Positions 40,377 to 52,924 of a stretch of DNA of 64,000 bases are shown piece after piece (positions within the stretch are counted from its first letter, which is position 1; every line of letters starts with the position of its first letter). A program made the position numbers and the translations under genes. The stretch comes from Octopus sinensis. Lineage: Eukaryota. The stretch covers positions 1 through 64,000 of the forward strand of contig NW_021832576.1 in assembly GCF_006345805.1 (NCBI RefSeq), written 5' to 3'. The notes below the pieces were generated by a model. It did no database searches and was not told the origin of the DNA. It saw only the letters and a list, made by a program, of their open reading frames with translations.

Positions 40377-41594
40377 ATATAGTTGTTCTTTGTTGATGTG
40401 GGGTCTCCTGTTGTGATTTATGGTGTGTGTTCTTGGAGGAGTATTGAGGAGAGCATCCCGATATCCCATATTCGGGTGTGGTGTTCTAGGAGGCCTTCGT
40501 TGGTAATCATTGTAAGTGGTGTGGGTTTGTTGTGCATGGTTGTTTAACCGGTTGATGGGACGGAGATTTCGTTGGTAACTCTTTTGGGTGGGGATAAGGT
40601 TGCAGTGTCTATGCTGTGGGTGTTGATTTATCCATTCTCTGCTTGAAGTGGGGGTATTCCTGATATTGTAACGCTGGTTGCTTACAGAGTTAGGGTTAGG
40701 TCCTGTATTCTTTTTTTGAAAGTAGTGAAGGTACCGATTTTTAGACAGGTGTGTATCGGTGTTTGGGTGCTGTTTTGGTTTTCTTATTTTCTGGAAAGGG
40801 TTGTTGGAGGCGTGCTCTGTTTGAAAGACGGCTTCATAGTCTGAGAACCAAATGGCGCTTTTCTCCCAGCGTTGGAGAGATTTTAGTTCTTCTTCTTCAC
40901 AGTCCTCTTTCCATAGTTTGGAGAACTTCTCTTGATCTGGGCCTTGGGTCATTTTGCGAATTTCTTCGTTGATATCTTCATCGGTGGATTTTATTTTGTC
41001 CTCATTCGTTTGGGCCCTCAATTTCAGAAGTTCTATTTCCATTTTCATTTTTTCCAGTGCCATTCTCTCCCTGAGGTGTCTTTGTGTTTCAGGTTCCTCT
41101 GTAATAGCTTTGAACTGGAATTTGCGTGGGAGGATTAACGGGGTCCGGTTGAGCCATTTTTCGTATATATCCGCTTTGTTGTTGTTTTGGATCATCTTCC
41201 AAAAGGCGAACTTTCTATCACTGAGTGATTTGTTCCATTGTGGTATTATGTGGTGTTTCATTTGGTATGTTGTTGGGGTATTGATCCCATATATTGACGC
41301 GTTTGGAGGTCCTTGGTTAGCGTTGTTAGAGAAAAATGTTCTAATTGTTTCGCATAAGTTTCCAAGGTTTTCGACAATTTCGGAGGTTGTATTTTTCGTA
41401 TCTGTTTCCTCATTGTTCTCTCGATTAGGTTGATGTGTCGCGTCGAATTTGTTCAAAAATGTTGACAAATTTGTGTTGATTTTCTTGAGTTCTTTCAGTA
41501 TTTCTTCATTTATGGAGGTGACTGTGTCTGTTTTTGTCGGCATTTTCTGTATCTCGTGTGGGTTAATGATATGTATAAGGGTGGAAAGGAACAC
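40308..41594 (-). CDS. PLE N-terminal ORF (coiled-coil domain plus N/P/H/R-rich spacer); first ATG at 41543
   Basis: 428-codon open frame directly upstream of the RT frame; W/K-rich block (QWNKSLSDRKFAFWK...LPRKF...EIELLKLR...LWKEDCEEEE) and a heptad-like stretch. Confidence 0.8.
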   Translation of the reverse strand: MFLSTLIHIINPHEIQKMPTKTDTVTSINEEILKELKKINTNLSTFLNKFDATHQPNRENNEETDTKNTTSEIVENLGNLCETIRTFFSNNANQGPPNASIYGINTPTTYQMKHHIIPQWNKSLSDRKFAFWKMIQNNNKADIYEKWLNRTPLILPRKFQFKAITEEPETQRHLRERMALEKMKMEIELLKLRAQTNEDKIKSTDEDINEEIRKMTQGPDQEKFSKLWKEDCEEEELKSLQRWEKSAIWFSDYEAVFQTEHASNNPFQKIRKPKQHPNTDTHLSKNRYLHYFQKKNTGPNPNSVSNQRYNIRNTPTSSREWINQHPQHRHCNLIPTQKSYQRNLRPINRLNNHAQQTHTTYNDYQRRPPRTPHPNMGYRDALLNTPPRTHTINHNRRPHINKEQLYNSYRPNHRIHFLDPIRKHRDTR

Positions 41595-41663
41595 ACGAGT
41601 TGATATATATGAAAAAACAAGTCAAAAATAGAAAATGCTAAGATGATTTTATAGTGAATCTTT

Positions 41664-41701
41664 CAGTACCGGTTTCGGTCATTTTGAGACCTTTTCAACT
41701 G
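41664..41701 (-). ncRNA. Minimal type-I hammerhead in the 5' pLTR (identical to 37439-37476)
   Basis: Identical sequence; predicted cleavage between 41667 and 41666, ~120 nt upstream of the first ATG. Confidence 0.7.
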
Positions 41702-42882
41702 TAACGATTAAATAATTAAATTTTGAAAAATTTAGAAAAATTAGAAGAAAGGTTTTTTTAAAGGAATACTTCCATAGTAGTGTTCAGATATATGTGGCAT
41801 TCTGCCTTTCTCTGACTCCCTTGTTTGCACTTGTGTATTCGAGGTCGTTGTGAGTTCTTGAGGGGGTGGGAGAGGGAAAATCTGGGCTGGTCAGTGGCGA
41901 CCGGCAGTCGCTGCGTAGGCGTTATACTTTAAGACATTAGTGGGGGTAGAAGGTGGAGAAGTAGAAGAAGAAGAAGATGACGGTGCCGATGTTGATGACG
42001 ATGAAGAAGAAGAAGGAGAAGGAGAAGATGACGATGATGATGGTGGTGATGACGATGACGACGATGATGATGATAACGATGATGATGAAGAAGGAGAAGA
42101 AGAGGGAGAAGAAGAAAAAAAAAACAGAGAGGGAGAATATGAATGGGTGAAGATATAGCTGTTTTAGGGCGATTAGTAATGGATTCTATGGAAGTAATAT
42201 TTGTGTGTGTATATATATTTCTTTTATTCTTAAGTTGAGCTATATTAATTGTTTGTCGTAGACCCGTTAAGAAGTGGCCTGTATTTTATAATAAAGAGAT
42301 TTTCTTTACTTATTCGTGTCTCGAGGTTGTATCGTCCCTAAATTGGTAGAGGGGGAAAATTCTGAAGTTTGGTGTTTTTTTGTTGGCGCAAGTATCTATG
42401 TGTTGGCTAAAAGCTATTTTTCTGTTTTGGGGAATTTTTATCTGGGATCTGTGCAGGGCCATTCGTTTACGCAAACCATTTTTTGTTTGGCCTATGTACT
42501 GCTCTTGACACCCGGAGCAGGTTAGTGAGTATATTAGGTTCTCCGAAGCACATGTGAAGTTGCTTTTCACTGTAAACCGTTGTCCTGTTTGAAGGAGAAC
42601 TCAGAACCCTCGATTAGATAGTCGCATATCCCGCAATTGGGTCTTCCACATTTTTTTACTGTCGGCTTCTGTGTTGAAGAGTGAATTCGGGCTTGTGTTA
42701 GAAGACTTTTCATGGATCTAGGCTGTCTTTTGCTTTTTATGATCGTGTGTGTTTGGAGGATTGTGTTCATTCTGTGGTCTTTTTTAGGAGGGGTATGTTG
42801 TGGAGGATGGTGCCGAAGGCTTCGTTATTGAGAGGGTTGTGTGTGGAGGTTGTATATATATATATATATATATATGCATATA

Positions 42883-43110
42883 ATAAGGGATGATAACTAA
42901 TTGGACATTCAATGTGCTAGAAGATCACCTACCATCTAACCTCAAAGAAAATAATGTTCTCTAGAGAGATTCAGCAAAAGCCATCTGTCTTGCCCGCTTA
43001 TATTCTGGTGTTTATTGAATTTCTCTAGAGAACATTCTTTTCTTTGTGGTCAGATCATAGGTGATCTTCGTCTAGCATATTGGATGTCCACTTAGTTATC
43101 ATCTCTTATA
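42883..43110. repeat. Short foldback element next to the PLE and TA tract
   Basis: taagggatgataactaattggacattcaatgtgctag...gttctctagaga is reverse-complementary to tctctagagaac...ctagcatattggatgtccacttagttatcatctctta. Confidence 0.75.
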
Positions 43111-43253
43111 CGCATGTATTACAGTTTTTTCTGAATTTTCAGATTTTTCTATATGCTAGGCTACTGGTTTTAAATCGATGTTAATTAAATTAATATTCAA
43201 TTTATCACTCTCATTATTTAAATTTTATATATATATGCATACATATACATATG

Positions 43254-43296
<43 letters not shown>

Positions 43297-43907
43297 TAAG
43301 CAATAAGGGTTTAGCAACGAATTGCCTTACCACATACCGAATTTAGAAATAGCAGTCAAAGGGTTATAGCTATTTCTTCTACTAAAAAGGGAGATCTCAG
43401 TTAAAAACAGCAATTGGAAGGCTGACACAAACAGGTAAGAGAGAATGAATTAACTGCAATCTATCAAACATTTTTAAAGTTATCCACGGACGTACGTTTC
43501 GAAATCAAGTTTTCAGGAAAGCATAAGAATCAAATATTAAATATTAAATAATTCTATCTTACCGAAACTTCTTTTCTCTTCAGCGTAGAATACTATAATC
43601 ATAAATGATTATATATTGAATTTTGAGATACTAGGAGGCACCAACTCAACTCAGTATCAGAGCGAGCTAGAATCCGCAAAGCGAGCTGAAACGTTCGTGT
43701 ATATATATATACACACAAACATATTTGTGTAGATACATTTATACACAAACATATAAATACATACATGGATATATATATATATATATTTTTATTAAACTTT
43801 TAATATTTTTTATATATATTTAAAATAATATAAATTAATTAATTTTATGTATTGGCTTAAGTTTTTCATTGTTTGATTTGCCTAATAGTGGTTTTATCTC
43901 TAATTTA

Positions 43908-43949
<42 letters not shown>

Positions 43950-44784
43950 ACATAGATATATGCATATGCGCACACAATAAAACGAAGAGGGGCGTGAATG
44001 CTATGCAAAATTAAGCAGCTTAAATACAATAAGAATCAGAAAATACAAAGCCATACAAATGCAAACCACTACTTCTGAAGTTAGCCACTCTATACAGCAA
44101 CCCCTAGGCTGAAATATTGTAGTGAGATCTTCCTTCGTTCTTCTGTAATACTTCCTATTATTTTGCAATGAAAATATTCATAATGCTTTAGTTGCAGTGA
44201 TTCAGTTCTATCCTCAACTCTGCAAATTGCTTTCCTTGTACGGTTTACTTTGCCATAGCCACAAAACAGAAGAAATTACCTGCCACTCATTGCCAAAAGT
44301 ATCAGCTGGATAATTCGTATAATGTTCTCCAAAGACAACATAATTATTTTTACATGCCATATCACCCTTACGTAATAACTCCACATGACAGAAATGATAT
44401 CTACGCGTTCCCCTTCACGTATGCATAGATGAATATGAATCATATAATAAACATAACAAGAAGCGAATATAATGCAAATTACTACCAAACGTCCATAGGT
44501 TTAAAAAATGGGATTAATATTGTCAGTAGTAGAAGCTCTAACCTATAGTGGAAGAAATAAATCTTTAGCAGTGCAATCCTTGTTACAATAATGCCATGAA
44601 AGTTAGCGTCGCGAAAGATATCACATGCCGTTGATTTGCAACATCCTTCACTAAGGATGCTGTCATGTTCAGATAAACCTCTTTAAATGTTAAGACTAAC
44701 ATTACTAAATCATTCCCTGTTTTGATAAGCAGAATGCACGCTTATTTCTTAATATCGCTAGAGAGAAAAAAAAAAGAAAACTTC

Positions 44785-44957
44785 AGCACCGAGATCACCA
44801 GATCCCGTGATTTCGATCTTCCTTAATCTCATCAGTGTTTAACGCTCGACCGCTAGAGATAGTAGCGACTCATCTCTCCGCTAGCGATATGTTGAAAAAT
44901 CAGTGCTATCAATGAGATGTTAGATCAAAATCTAGTGATCTGGTGGTCTCAGAGCTG
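44785..44957. repeat. Imperfect ~175 bp hairpin
   Basis: cagcaccgagatcaccagatc...atctcatc pairs with aatgagat...gatctggtggtctcagagctg. Confidence 0.6.
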
Positions 44958-47399
44958 GCGTTAGTGAGGAGTTACCTTCCTGCTGGTGATATAAAAAAAA
45001 CAAGCACCAAAAGCCTATATGAGAGTCCCTGTCATGGTAAATACCGCAGTAAATGTTGTTTTAACAGAACACGCGCGCTTAAGTGGGAATATACATTACC
45101 TCTCGTTAGTACTACCGACTATATTAATGCCGCTAATATATATCTGTTACGGATAATTTCGAATGGAGAGGAAAAGGTCGTCCCAGCATCGGTCGAAATG
45201 CATTTGGCGATCTCACTGACAGCTGCCGGAATGAATTCTCGAATTCTCGTTTCCCTATGATGTTTAATGTTTGCTGAACCGCTAATTTACGGGGCTACCA
45301 GCATCGTTTGTCAAGCGGAGGTGGGGTGACAAACACAGAAACACACATACACACACACATACGCACATGCACACAGAGATATACACAATGGGCGTCTCTC
45401 AGTTACCGTTTACCAAATTTTTGGTACCACGTAGTGGGACTGAACCCGGAACCATGTGGTTGGGAAGCAAACGACGTCTCACATAGCCACGCCAACGCCC
45501 AAACAATAAATTTAAAGACACGTAAAAGAGTAATAAATAAATAATAAATATGGAGTAACGAAATGCATTCTTTCTCAGCAATTTTGTCACAAACATCATG
45601 TTGGGATATTACCTAAATAAGATAGAGCCCTTCCAACATGAATGGGTCAGCACAAATGATAGCGTATCAGTAAGATCGTAGCACTAGTACCTAATCCTAC
45701 AAGACACCTACGAACATTTAAAGCACATGAGTAATTTCAAGAAATAAGCTACACATTTCTGCTGTCGAGGTCATCCAACGAAGCCGCTATGTTATATTTA
45801 ATAGTTCATATATCAGCAATCAGAAGTTCCACTCTTTACATGGCTTCCATTAGAAAACAATTAAAGTAAGTTATGTCACATACACATTAATAATCCTTTG
45901 TATTATAGGCACAAAGTCTGAAACGTTCGCGGGAAAGGCGCGAGTCGTTTAAATCGGCTCTACTGCTTAATTCACAATTATTTTATCGACCACGAAAGGA
46001 TGAGAGACAAAGTCGACTCCAAAACTGAGAACATAAATTCTGATGACATCCCACTAAACATTTTTCTAGTGCTGTAACGATTCTGCGTTACATCCATTTA
46101 TTAATAAGATTCACCGCTTTATATCCACATATTAATAAGAATTACTTTGGAATCAAAAATAGTTAGAAGCGCATTAAATGTTTTAAATTTACATGACGTA
46201 GCTATATTATAATAATTCAATAACGAATCCTACATTATTAAGGATAAATCATTCTATTATTTTCTCTTAGCCTCTAGCTAATAGCTTTTCGCAAAAGATT
46301 ATAATGAATTGTAGAGGATACGATGTTGTTACGTTCTAATAAATTGAAGTTGATTTCTGATTGTGCACCACCAATTTTTGAAAGAGTTTTAAATATATAA
46401 TTAATAATACGTGTTTCGATGTTTGTGTGTGGTAGTACATCTGTTACATTACATTTTAAAGTAGATTTATGATTATATAAATTCACATTGTAATATTTTA
46501 AATATCAAAAATCTATCACTGTGTGTACGGTCTCAAAAACGCTTCAAGCTAAATGTGCTAATTAATATTGTTCTTTATTTAATTGCTTATATTCTAATTA
46601 AACTTTTACTAAATACAATATTTAGCCTACCGGTTTTAGAAGTGTAATTTAATAGATTTTTCTGTTCAACTAATGATAGAGGTACCGAGATTTTACGTAC
46701 GAACTCCTGTTATAATCTAACATTGATATTCTGTATCATTCCTTAAACGCTGATTTTCTAAAGGCCATCATCTTCTCTGGTGATGAAACAACCTTGATCT
46801 TCTTGGGAGCAGGGGAGGAGGGGTGTTTCCACAGCATGGATTGCTTCTTTCTCTCTGGCTCAAAGTGATGAAGCCATCACTTCTGGGTTAGGAAACTCTC
46901 AAGAAAACCAACTGGGTTTTCTTGAAACGATGTCAGATATTCCCGGGAAGTGATCAGCTTGGTACGCTTTTTACCAAGTGTCAGAAGACGTGGCACACAC
47001 CGAGCAAATGCATTGTACAGAATATTCTCAACTCTCATGAGATATTCTAATAGTATTAGCTAATAGATGTATAGTCAATCGTCTGTTATCCATTACCATG
47101 TAGTGAACACGATCAGTGACTTGCTATGTGGTATACGTTCCATGCCTCAACACTTTAAGTCATCTTCAAACCTCTCCCTTACCCTTCTTACATTCAGCTA
47201 CCCAATTTTGTACTTTTCATAAAGCTGGAGCGTCATCACTTAATGTAGCCAGCATGTCTGCACAAATGCTCTTGGAGACGAAACAGTTTTTTATTTCTGC
47301 GGGTACTTGATAACACCCGATGTTCAATTGTGTCAATTTTCAAGAGATCTTGAAATGTTTTTTTGAAAAGACAAGTTTATTTGGAACGAAACAATGTAA

Positions 47400-47793
47400 T
47401 CTCTCTATATATAAAGCTGAAGTTGTCTGTGTATGGCAGGTTTGGTAGCCTTCAACTAACACTATCTTCTCCGAGACTCAGCGGCACAAGTTGTCCAAAA
47501 TTGAAAGCATGATAGAAGAAGGCTTGCTCTCTTTTCCGTAGAGGAAAAAATTTCAAATCGGACCATATTGATACCAAAAATTATTTACATCAAAAAGGTG
47601 CTTTTTTTCTATGAAAATCCCTATTTTTTTACGACTTTTTGACTGCTGTGTCGCCATTTTTCGGTGTATTTCAACCAGAAAAATGTTTACTTAAAGAGAG
47701 TAACAAGCTACACAATGCAGAGTTTTTACTTTTCAAAAATTCCAATTCTAAAGGGTCGAAACAAACCCGAGCAACGCCGGGCTATACTGCTAG
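47400..47793 (+). mobile_element. Non-autonomous Helitron
   Basis: 5' TC (tctctctatatataaagctgaag) after A; subterminal hairpin CCCG-agcaacgc-CGGG; 3' CTAG followed by T. Confidence 0.8.
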
Positions 47794-47893
47794 TTATGAA
47801 TAAAAAGCGTTGAAATTAATGCTTGCAAGATTTCAGTTCTAGTAGCCCTCCTTCATAGTCAGGATATGAACTTCCCAGCACATCCTCATGTAT

Positions 47894-47930
<37 letters not shown>

Positions 47931-49091
47931 GGGTCGGGCATCAAACATAAATGCAAAGACATACGCACATATACTTGCACACATACATACATACATACAT
48001 ACATACATACATGCATACATACATACATACATACATACATACATACATGCATTCATGCATGCATGGGTTAGCTAGCGGTTATTGAAGAAAATAATTCCCA
48101 AGAAGAGAAGGAACTGCGCAGTGAGACTGAACCTGAAGTAACGAAGATGCAAAACGAGCTACTTAACCACTCAGTCACACATTTAGATTTTGTATATCAA
48201 CTAATATACTTCCGATTCGTTTAGGTGTTCTCTTGTGTGCGAGCGAATTGCATTTTAGCAACATGGACCTCTGGAGTTCTTATATGAAAACATGGAAATC
48301 TTTCGTATTGTTGCTTAATGGATTTTGGATTTACACGTGCTTATTTTTACTTTCAGTTTGAATTTGTGTCTAATTTTCTTCCTCAAACTCGATCTACGTT
48401 TTTGTAATGCAGCTTAAGGATTCTGGCGTTTCATGCTAATGCTATTTACATTTTTCTTTACGAAACAATAGTTCCTAAAGTTTATCAGCAAGCCACTGAT
48501 ATTGAATTGAACTACATCATGTGAATACAATAAAGATTCAATAAATACATCTTTTCATATTAATGGAAACACCATTACCTTTGTCACAATTCGTTATTTC
48601 TCAATTTTTATGATATACGTATGATATACGTCAGTTAACAAAAGAAATCGATTTTTAAATAATTACAGTAATTTTATATTTAAACAAGTATTTTTAATAA
48701 TTTGTATAAATTATCCGGGTGCAGTCACTCTGACATATGACATACATGAATGAAAATTTTCTCACCGAAATTTTACTTACCCTAAAGCTGATTATTCGTT
48801 AAACACCTGACGATTAGTCACGAAGATATATCTAATCAGAACAAAACAATACAGAATCATATTATTAAAGCCTTTAAAAAAATCACTCACCCATTGTTGT
48901 CTGTCTATATTTTCCTCTCACATTTTTCGTCACAGTAACCTTGCGGCGCTCTCAGTGCGAACACATTTTCGAATGATTTAAGTATCACTAACTTCTTTTC
49001 TGCTATTATGATTCATCTCGATGCTAGGCGTGCCGGCTTTTAAATCGGTGTTATATATTCATTGTGTCCTACAAGTGTTTGCATGTGTACG

Positions 49092-49143
<52 letters not shown>

Positions 49144-49370
49144 CATATAAAAGAGTGTGTGTGTTTGTATGTGTATACATATATATGCATCATGATAGAT
49201 TGTTAGTCACTACACACATTTTTTTCTCTCCTTGTTTTTTCTGTGTCCCTTTCTGTAGAAGAGCGTAGGCTCGAAACGTAAAATAATTTTTCTATTCCTG
49301 AGCGTTATACTAATACATCTGTTTGTTTTGTACACCACCTGTCTTTGTCTTTTGTTTTTTTCGTAAACTC

Positions 49371-49428
<58 letters not shown>

Positions 49429-49433
49429 CATAC

Positions 49434-49514
<81 letters not shown>

Positions 49515-50287
49515 CATATACTAATATACGTACACACACATTAACCCTTTTACATTTTCATTTTATTTAAGCAACCAGCAAAACTTACATTTTTCAGTTT
49601 GAAAACAGCTATTTGAAGCATGAATTTCATACCAGAGTCACAAACTGAAAACATTATTATTAAAATAAAAACTATCCTACAAAAAGTCCTCAACTTCACG
49701 TTTATTCGCTTTGAGCAGTTAAAAATGCTGGCTAATCTCAGTGAGAGTAGAAAAACTCCGGTTTGTTTATTTTATTAGATTCAGTAGCTCTTTCCATGGG
49801 TAAAGCCACATGTATGTATAGAGACAGCATGTTGTCGGTAGTGAAGAAAAATAATAAACAAATTATTAAGGAGAACAGAGATTTATATATCCAGTTTTAT
49901 ATATCAAGGTACAAAAATGAAAGACATATAAAAGGGGCTCCCCTGTCCAGTTTCGCTGTATGGACGACCGCTTTTGTAGATGCATTCATTAAACCTGTCC
50001 TTGACAAAATAATTGCGATGAAAGAGGTTGTTCGTCACAGAGACATGTATACCATTTAACGGCATCCTCGTAGTAAGCAATAGAGCCTGTATGGCACAGG
50101 CTCAACACTGGCGATTCGTGTTCGTCCAATGTGTTCCTACACAATTTCTGCGTATAGAGCATCCTTCTTTTTATAATTGATCCAAGTCTATGAAGATACG
50201 TGTCCAAGCTGACACGTAAATAACATTGGACTCGGGATGTTACGTTGGCGAAGCGGTGTCGTAAACTACTCAGCCATGCCGGCACCC

Positions 50288-50378
<91 letters not shown>

Positions 50379-50379
<1 letters not shown>

Positions 50380-50725
50380 AAATTTAAAGGTCTGACCACT
50401 AAAAGTGGACGGTCAACATGCTAGATATAGACGTCAAAATCGCTATTTTCGACAAAGAATGTGTTCTCAAATAAATTTTTATTTGAGAACACATTCTTTG
50501 ACGTCTATATCTAGCATGTTGACTCTTGTCAATGAGATATACTTAAGAGAGGTAACTCTGAACGAAATTAATTAATATGTAGCTTTATATATATCTAGCA
50601 TGTTGACCGTCCACTTTTAGTGGTCAGTCCTTTAAATTTTGTATGTAAAAATATTTTAACCTTCGGATCTTTTTAATATGCTAGGCCACTGGTTTTAATT
50701 GCTTAATATCAATTTCTACCCTTAT
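50379..50725. repeat. Composite foldback with nested palindrome and a 75 bp templated insert, between TA tracts
   Basis: Outer arms 50379-50430 / 50590-50639; inner palindrome centred ~50476; 50519-50593 is the reverse complement of 52631-52705 with 1 mismatch. Confidence 0.85.
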
Positions 50726-50727
50726 TA

Positions 50728-50813
<86 letters not shown>

Positions 50814-52684
50814 TATATATATATAATATATATATATATATGTATACTTTATAATTATAATTTCGGAATTAGATCGGTATAAAGAATATAGAGTTATATT
50901 TTACCCAACCATTATCTTCAGTGCATATGTGTGTGTGTGTGTTTGTTGCATGTATATGGGTGGATAAACGTTTGCATCACTCTCTCTCACTCTCGCACGC
51001 ACACACATACATATATGCACTTTATTCTCGTAGTTAACAAATTCTATTGTTTTATATATTGTCCACAAATTGTTCGTGATAGATAGCCTAGAGCACACAC
51101 ACACACACACACACAAATACATACAAGTTTACAAATGTCCATATGTATGTGCGGACACGTGTATATGTGTATCTGTGTATGTATGTGTGCGTATACATAC
51201 AAGCGATAATTCTTCACAGTTGCCGTCAAGTATAAATGATGTTTATGTGTCCATATACGCTATTTAATCATAGGTTTAACGCGACGTCAGATACAAAATT
51301 ATTCTAGTTGCTGTGTGTAAAAGCTCGTAGGAATTCTTCATTGAACCAAGTGTTTTCTTATAGCTTTATGTTTCACATAAATGACTTTCCAAACATTTTA
51401 TTGATTTCAATATTTTTTAGCTTTTGCTCTTTACACAGAGTAGTCTGGACTGAGACGACTGTGTCTATATTCTTTTAACCAAACTATTAATCAAATATAT
51501 GATAGAAATTCTTGCAGTGTAAGGGAAATGTCTGTGAGGAAAAATACTTTATTTTAGCTGAATTGAAAACGAAATTAGCTTTTTCTCTTCTTCAAAATGC
51601 AATATTGCTTGTGTCTAATATTGAAAAATCGATAACACTTTTAAATTACAGGTATTCCACTTATCATGGTATTCTCTTAAAACTGTTTCTATAGAATTAT
51701 GTGTCCAAAAAAGAAATATATATGTAAATTTATTCAATTTTATATATTTAATTGAAAAACAAAAGGCAACAGAAAGGCATAAGTACGTTTTTACTTTCTT
51801 CGGGAAATATTTAAGTTCACCTTATCTAAAATTGAAAATTATGGCTTCTATATAGCAAAGGAACTGGAAAACTGGAACAGTGTTGATATAACTAACCTAT
51901 TTCTTTGATACTGCGCTTAATTCGTCGACCGGTTTAATACCACTATTTGACGATTGGGTGCCTTCAGAAAAGGAAACCCCTCTGTTGTAAGCCTTAGGCT
52001 ACAAGTATGGTGATATATTTTTACAACCGACCTGTAAATCATGGTTGAACAACAGCATATGATAGTCGCTGTTCATTGTCCATAATTACTCCTTGATCAA
52101 AGCTAATCTTCGCCTATATAACATCGTCGTTAAGGCAAGGATAAAAACCAAAAAATATCCCTCATATCACAAATACAAACTTAAAAACATTGCCTGCATT
52201 CTGTAGTGTAGCACTTGGTACACTTACACCAGAAGACAAGCATTAGATGGTACACACTTGGTCCCACTATGCGCATGGTGCACATGTCTGTTAGATGGGA
52301 ATGGATCTGTGACCAAAACAACAGTAACAGCAACTAAGGAATTACTAACTAAATTATCTTCGTCGTCGCCTTCCTTGTTGTTGCCATCACCATTAGCATC
52401 GCCTACGTAGTGCTAATCATCATCATCATCATCATCATCATTGGTATCATTAACATCATCGTCATATGTGAGATTTTTTTGTCCACGGTAACTGCCTTTT
52501 ACCAGTTGAAATATGTGACAAACATATTTCAACTAACCAAAATTCTGCTCATACCTAAAAACTGCTTTGCGCCAATGTTACGTTATTTACTTTGATCGGG
52601 CGATCTACAAGTGCAACTTGTTGACTGAATTATATATAAAGCTACATATTAATTAATTTCGTTCAGAGTTACCTCTCTTAAGTA

Positions 52685-52733
52685 TATCTTATTGACAAGA
52701 GTCAAAAAATTCGAAACATCGATGACTGAGATA
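52685..52733 (+). ncRNA. Hammerhead-like motif, U3:A8 core, probably inactivated (A at position 16.1)
   Basis: TATCTTA-TTGACAA-GAGT(caaaaa)ATTC-GAAA-C(ATCGAT)G-AC-TGAGATA; 7 bp stem I; palindromic stem III loop. Confidence 0.6.
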
Positions 52734-52857
52734 CCTTATAGATGGCAACATGGAGCGAACTGGTTGTTTTAACACCGTTTTACTATAAGAAAGATATTTC
52801 AGCTGACCTAAATATATATGAATATGTATGTATATAACAACGTATGTGTATAAACTA

Positions 52858-52915
<58 letters not shown>

Positions 52916-52924
<9 letters not shown>

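Larger units (their letters stand above)
37380..42850 (-). mobile_element. Near full-length Neptune-like Penelope-like retroelement with partial-tandem pseudo-LTRs, inserted in (TA)n
   Basis: Direct repeats 37380-38625 and 41603-42848 (offset 4225 bp, about a dozen small differences) flank a unique ORF region; RT and GIY-YIG motifs; TA tracts at 37330-37385 and 42853-42875. Confidence 0.95.

Noticed and set aside
40690-40701. TTAGGGTTAGG telomere-like string
   Set aside because: Fewer than two full units; it is the antisense of Pro-Asn codons in the PLE ORF.
49763-50059. 98 aa ORF
   Set aside because: Non-ATG start, no recognisable motif or splice context; the length is within chance expectation.
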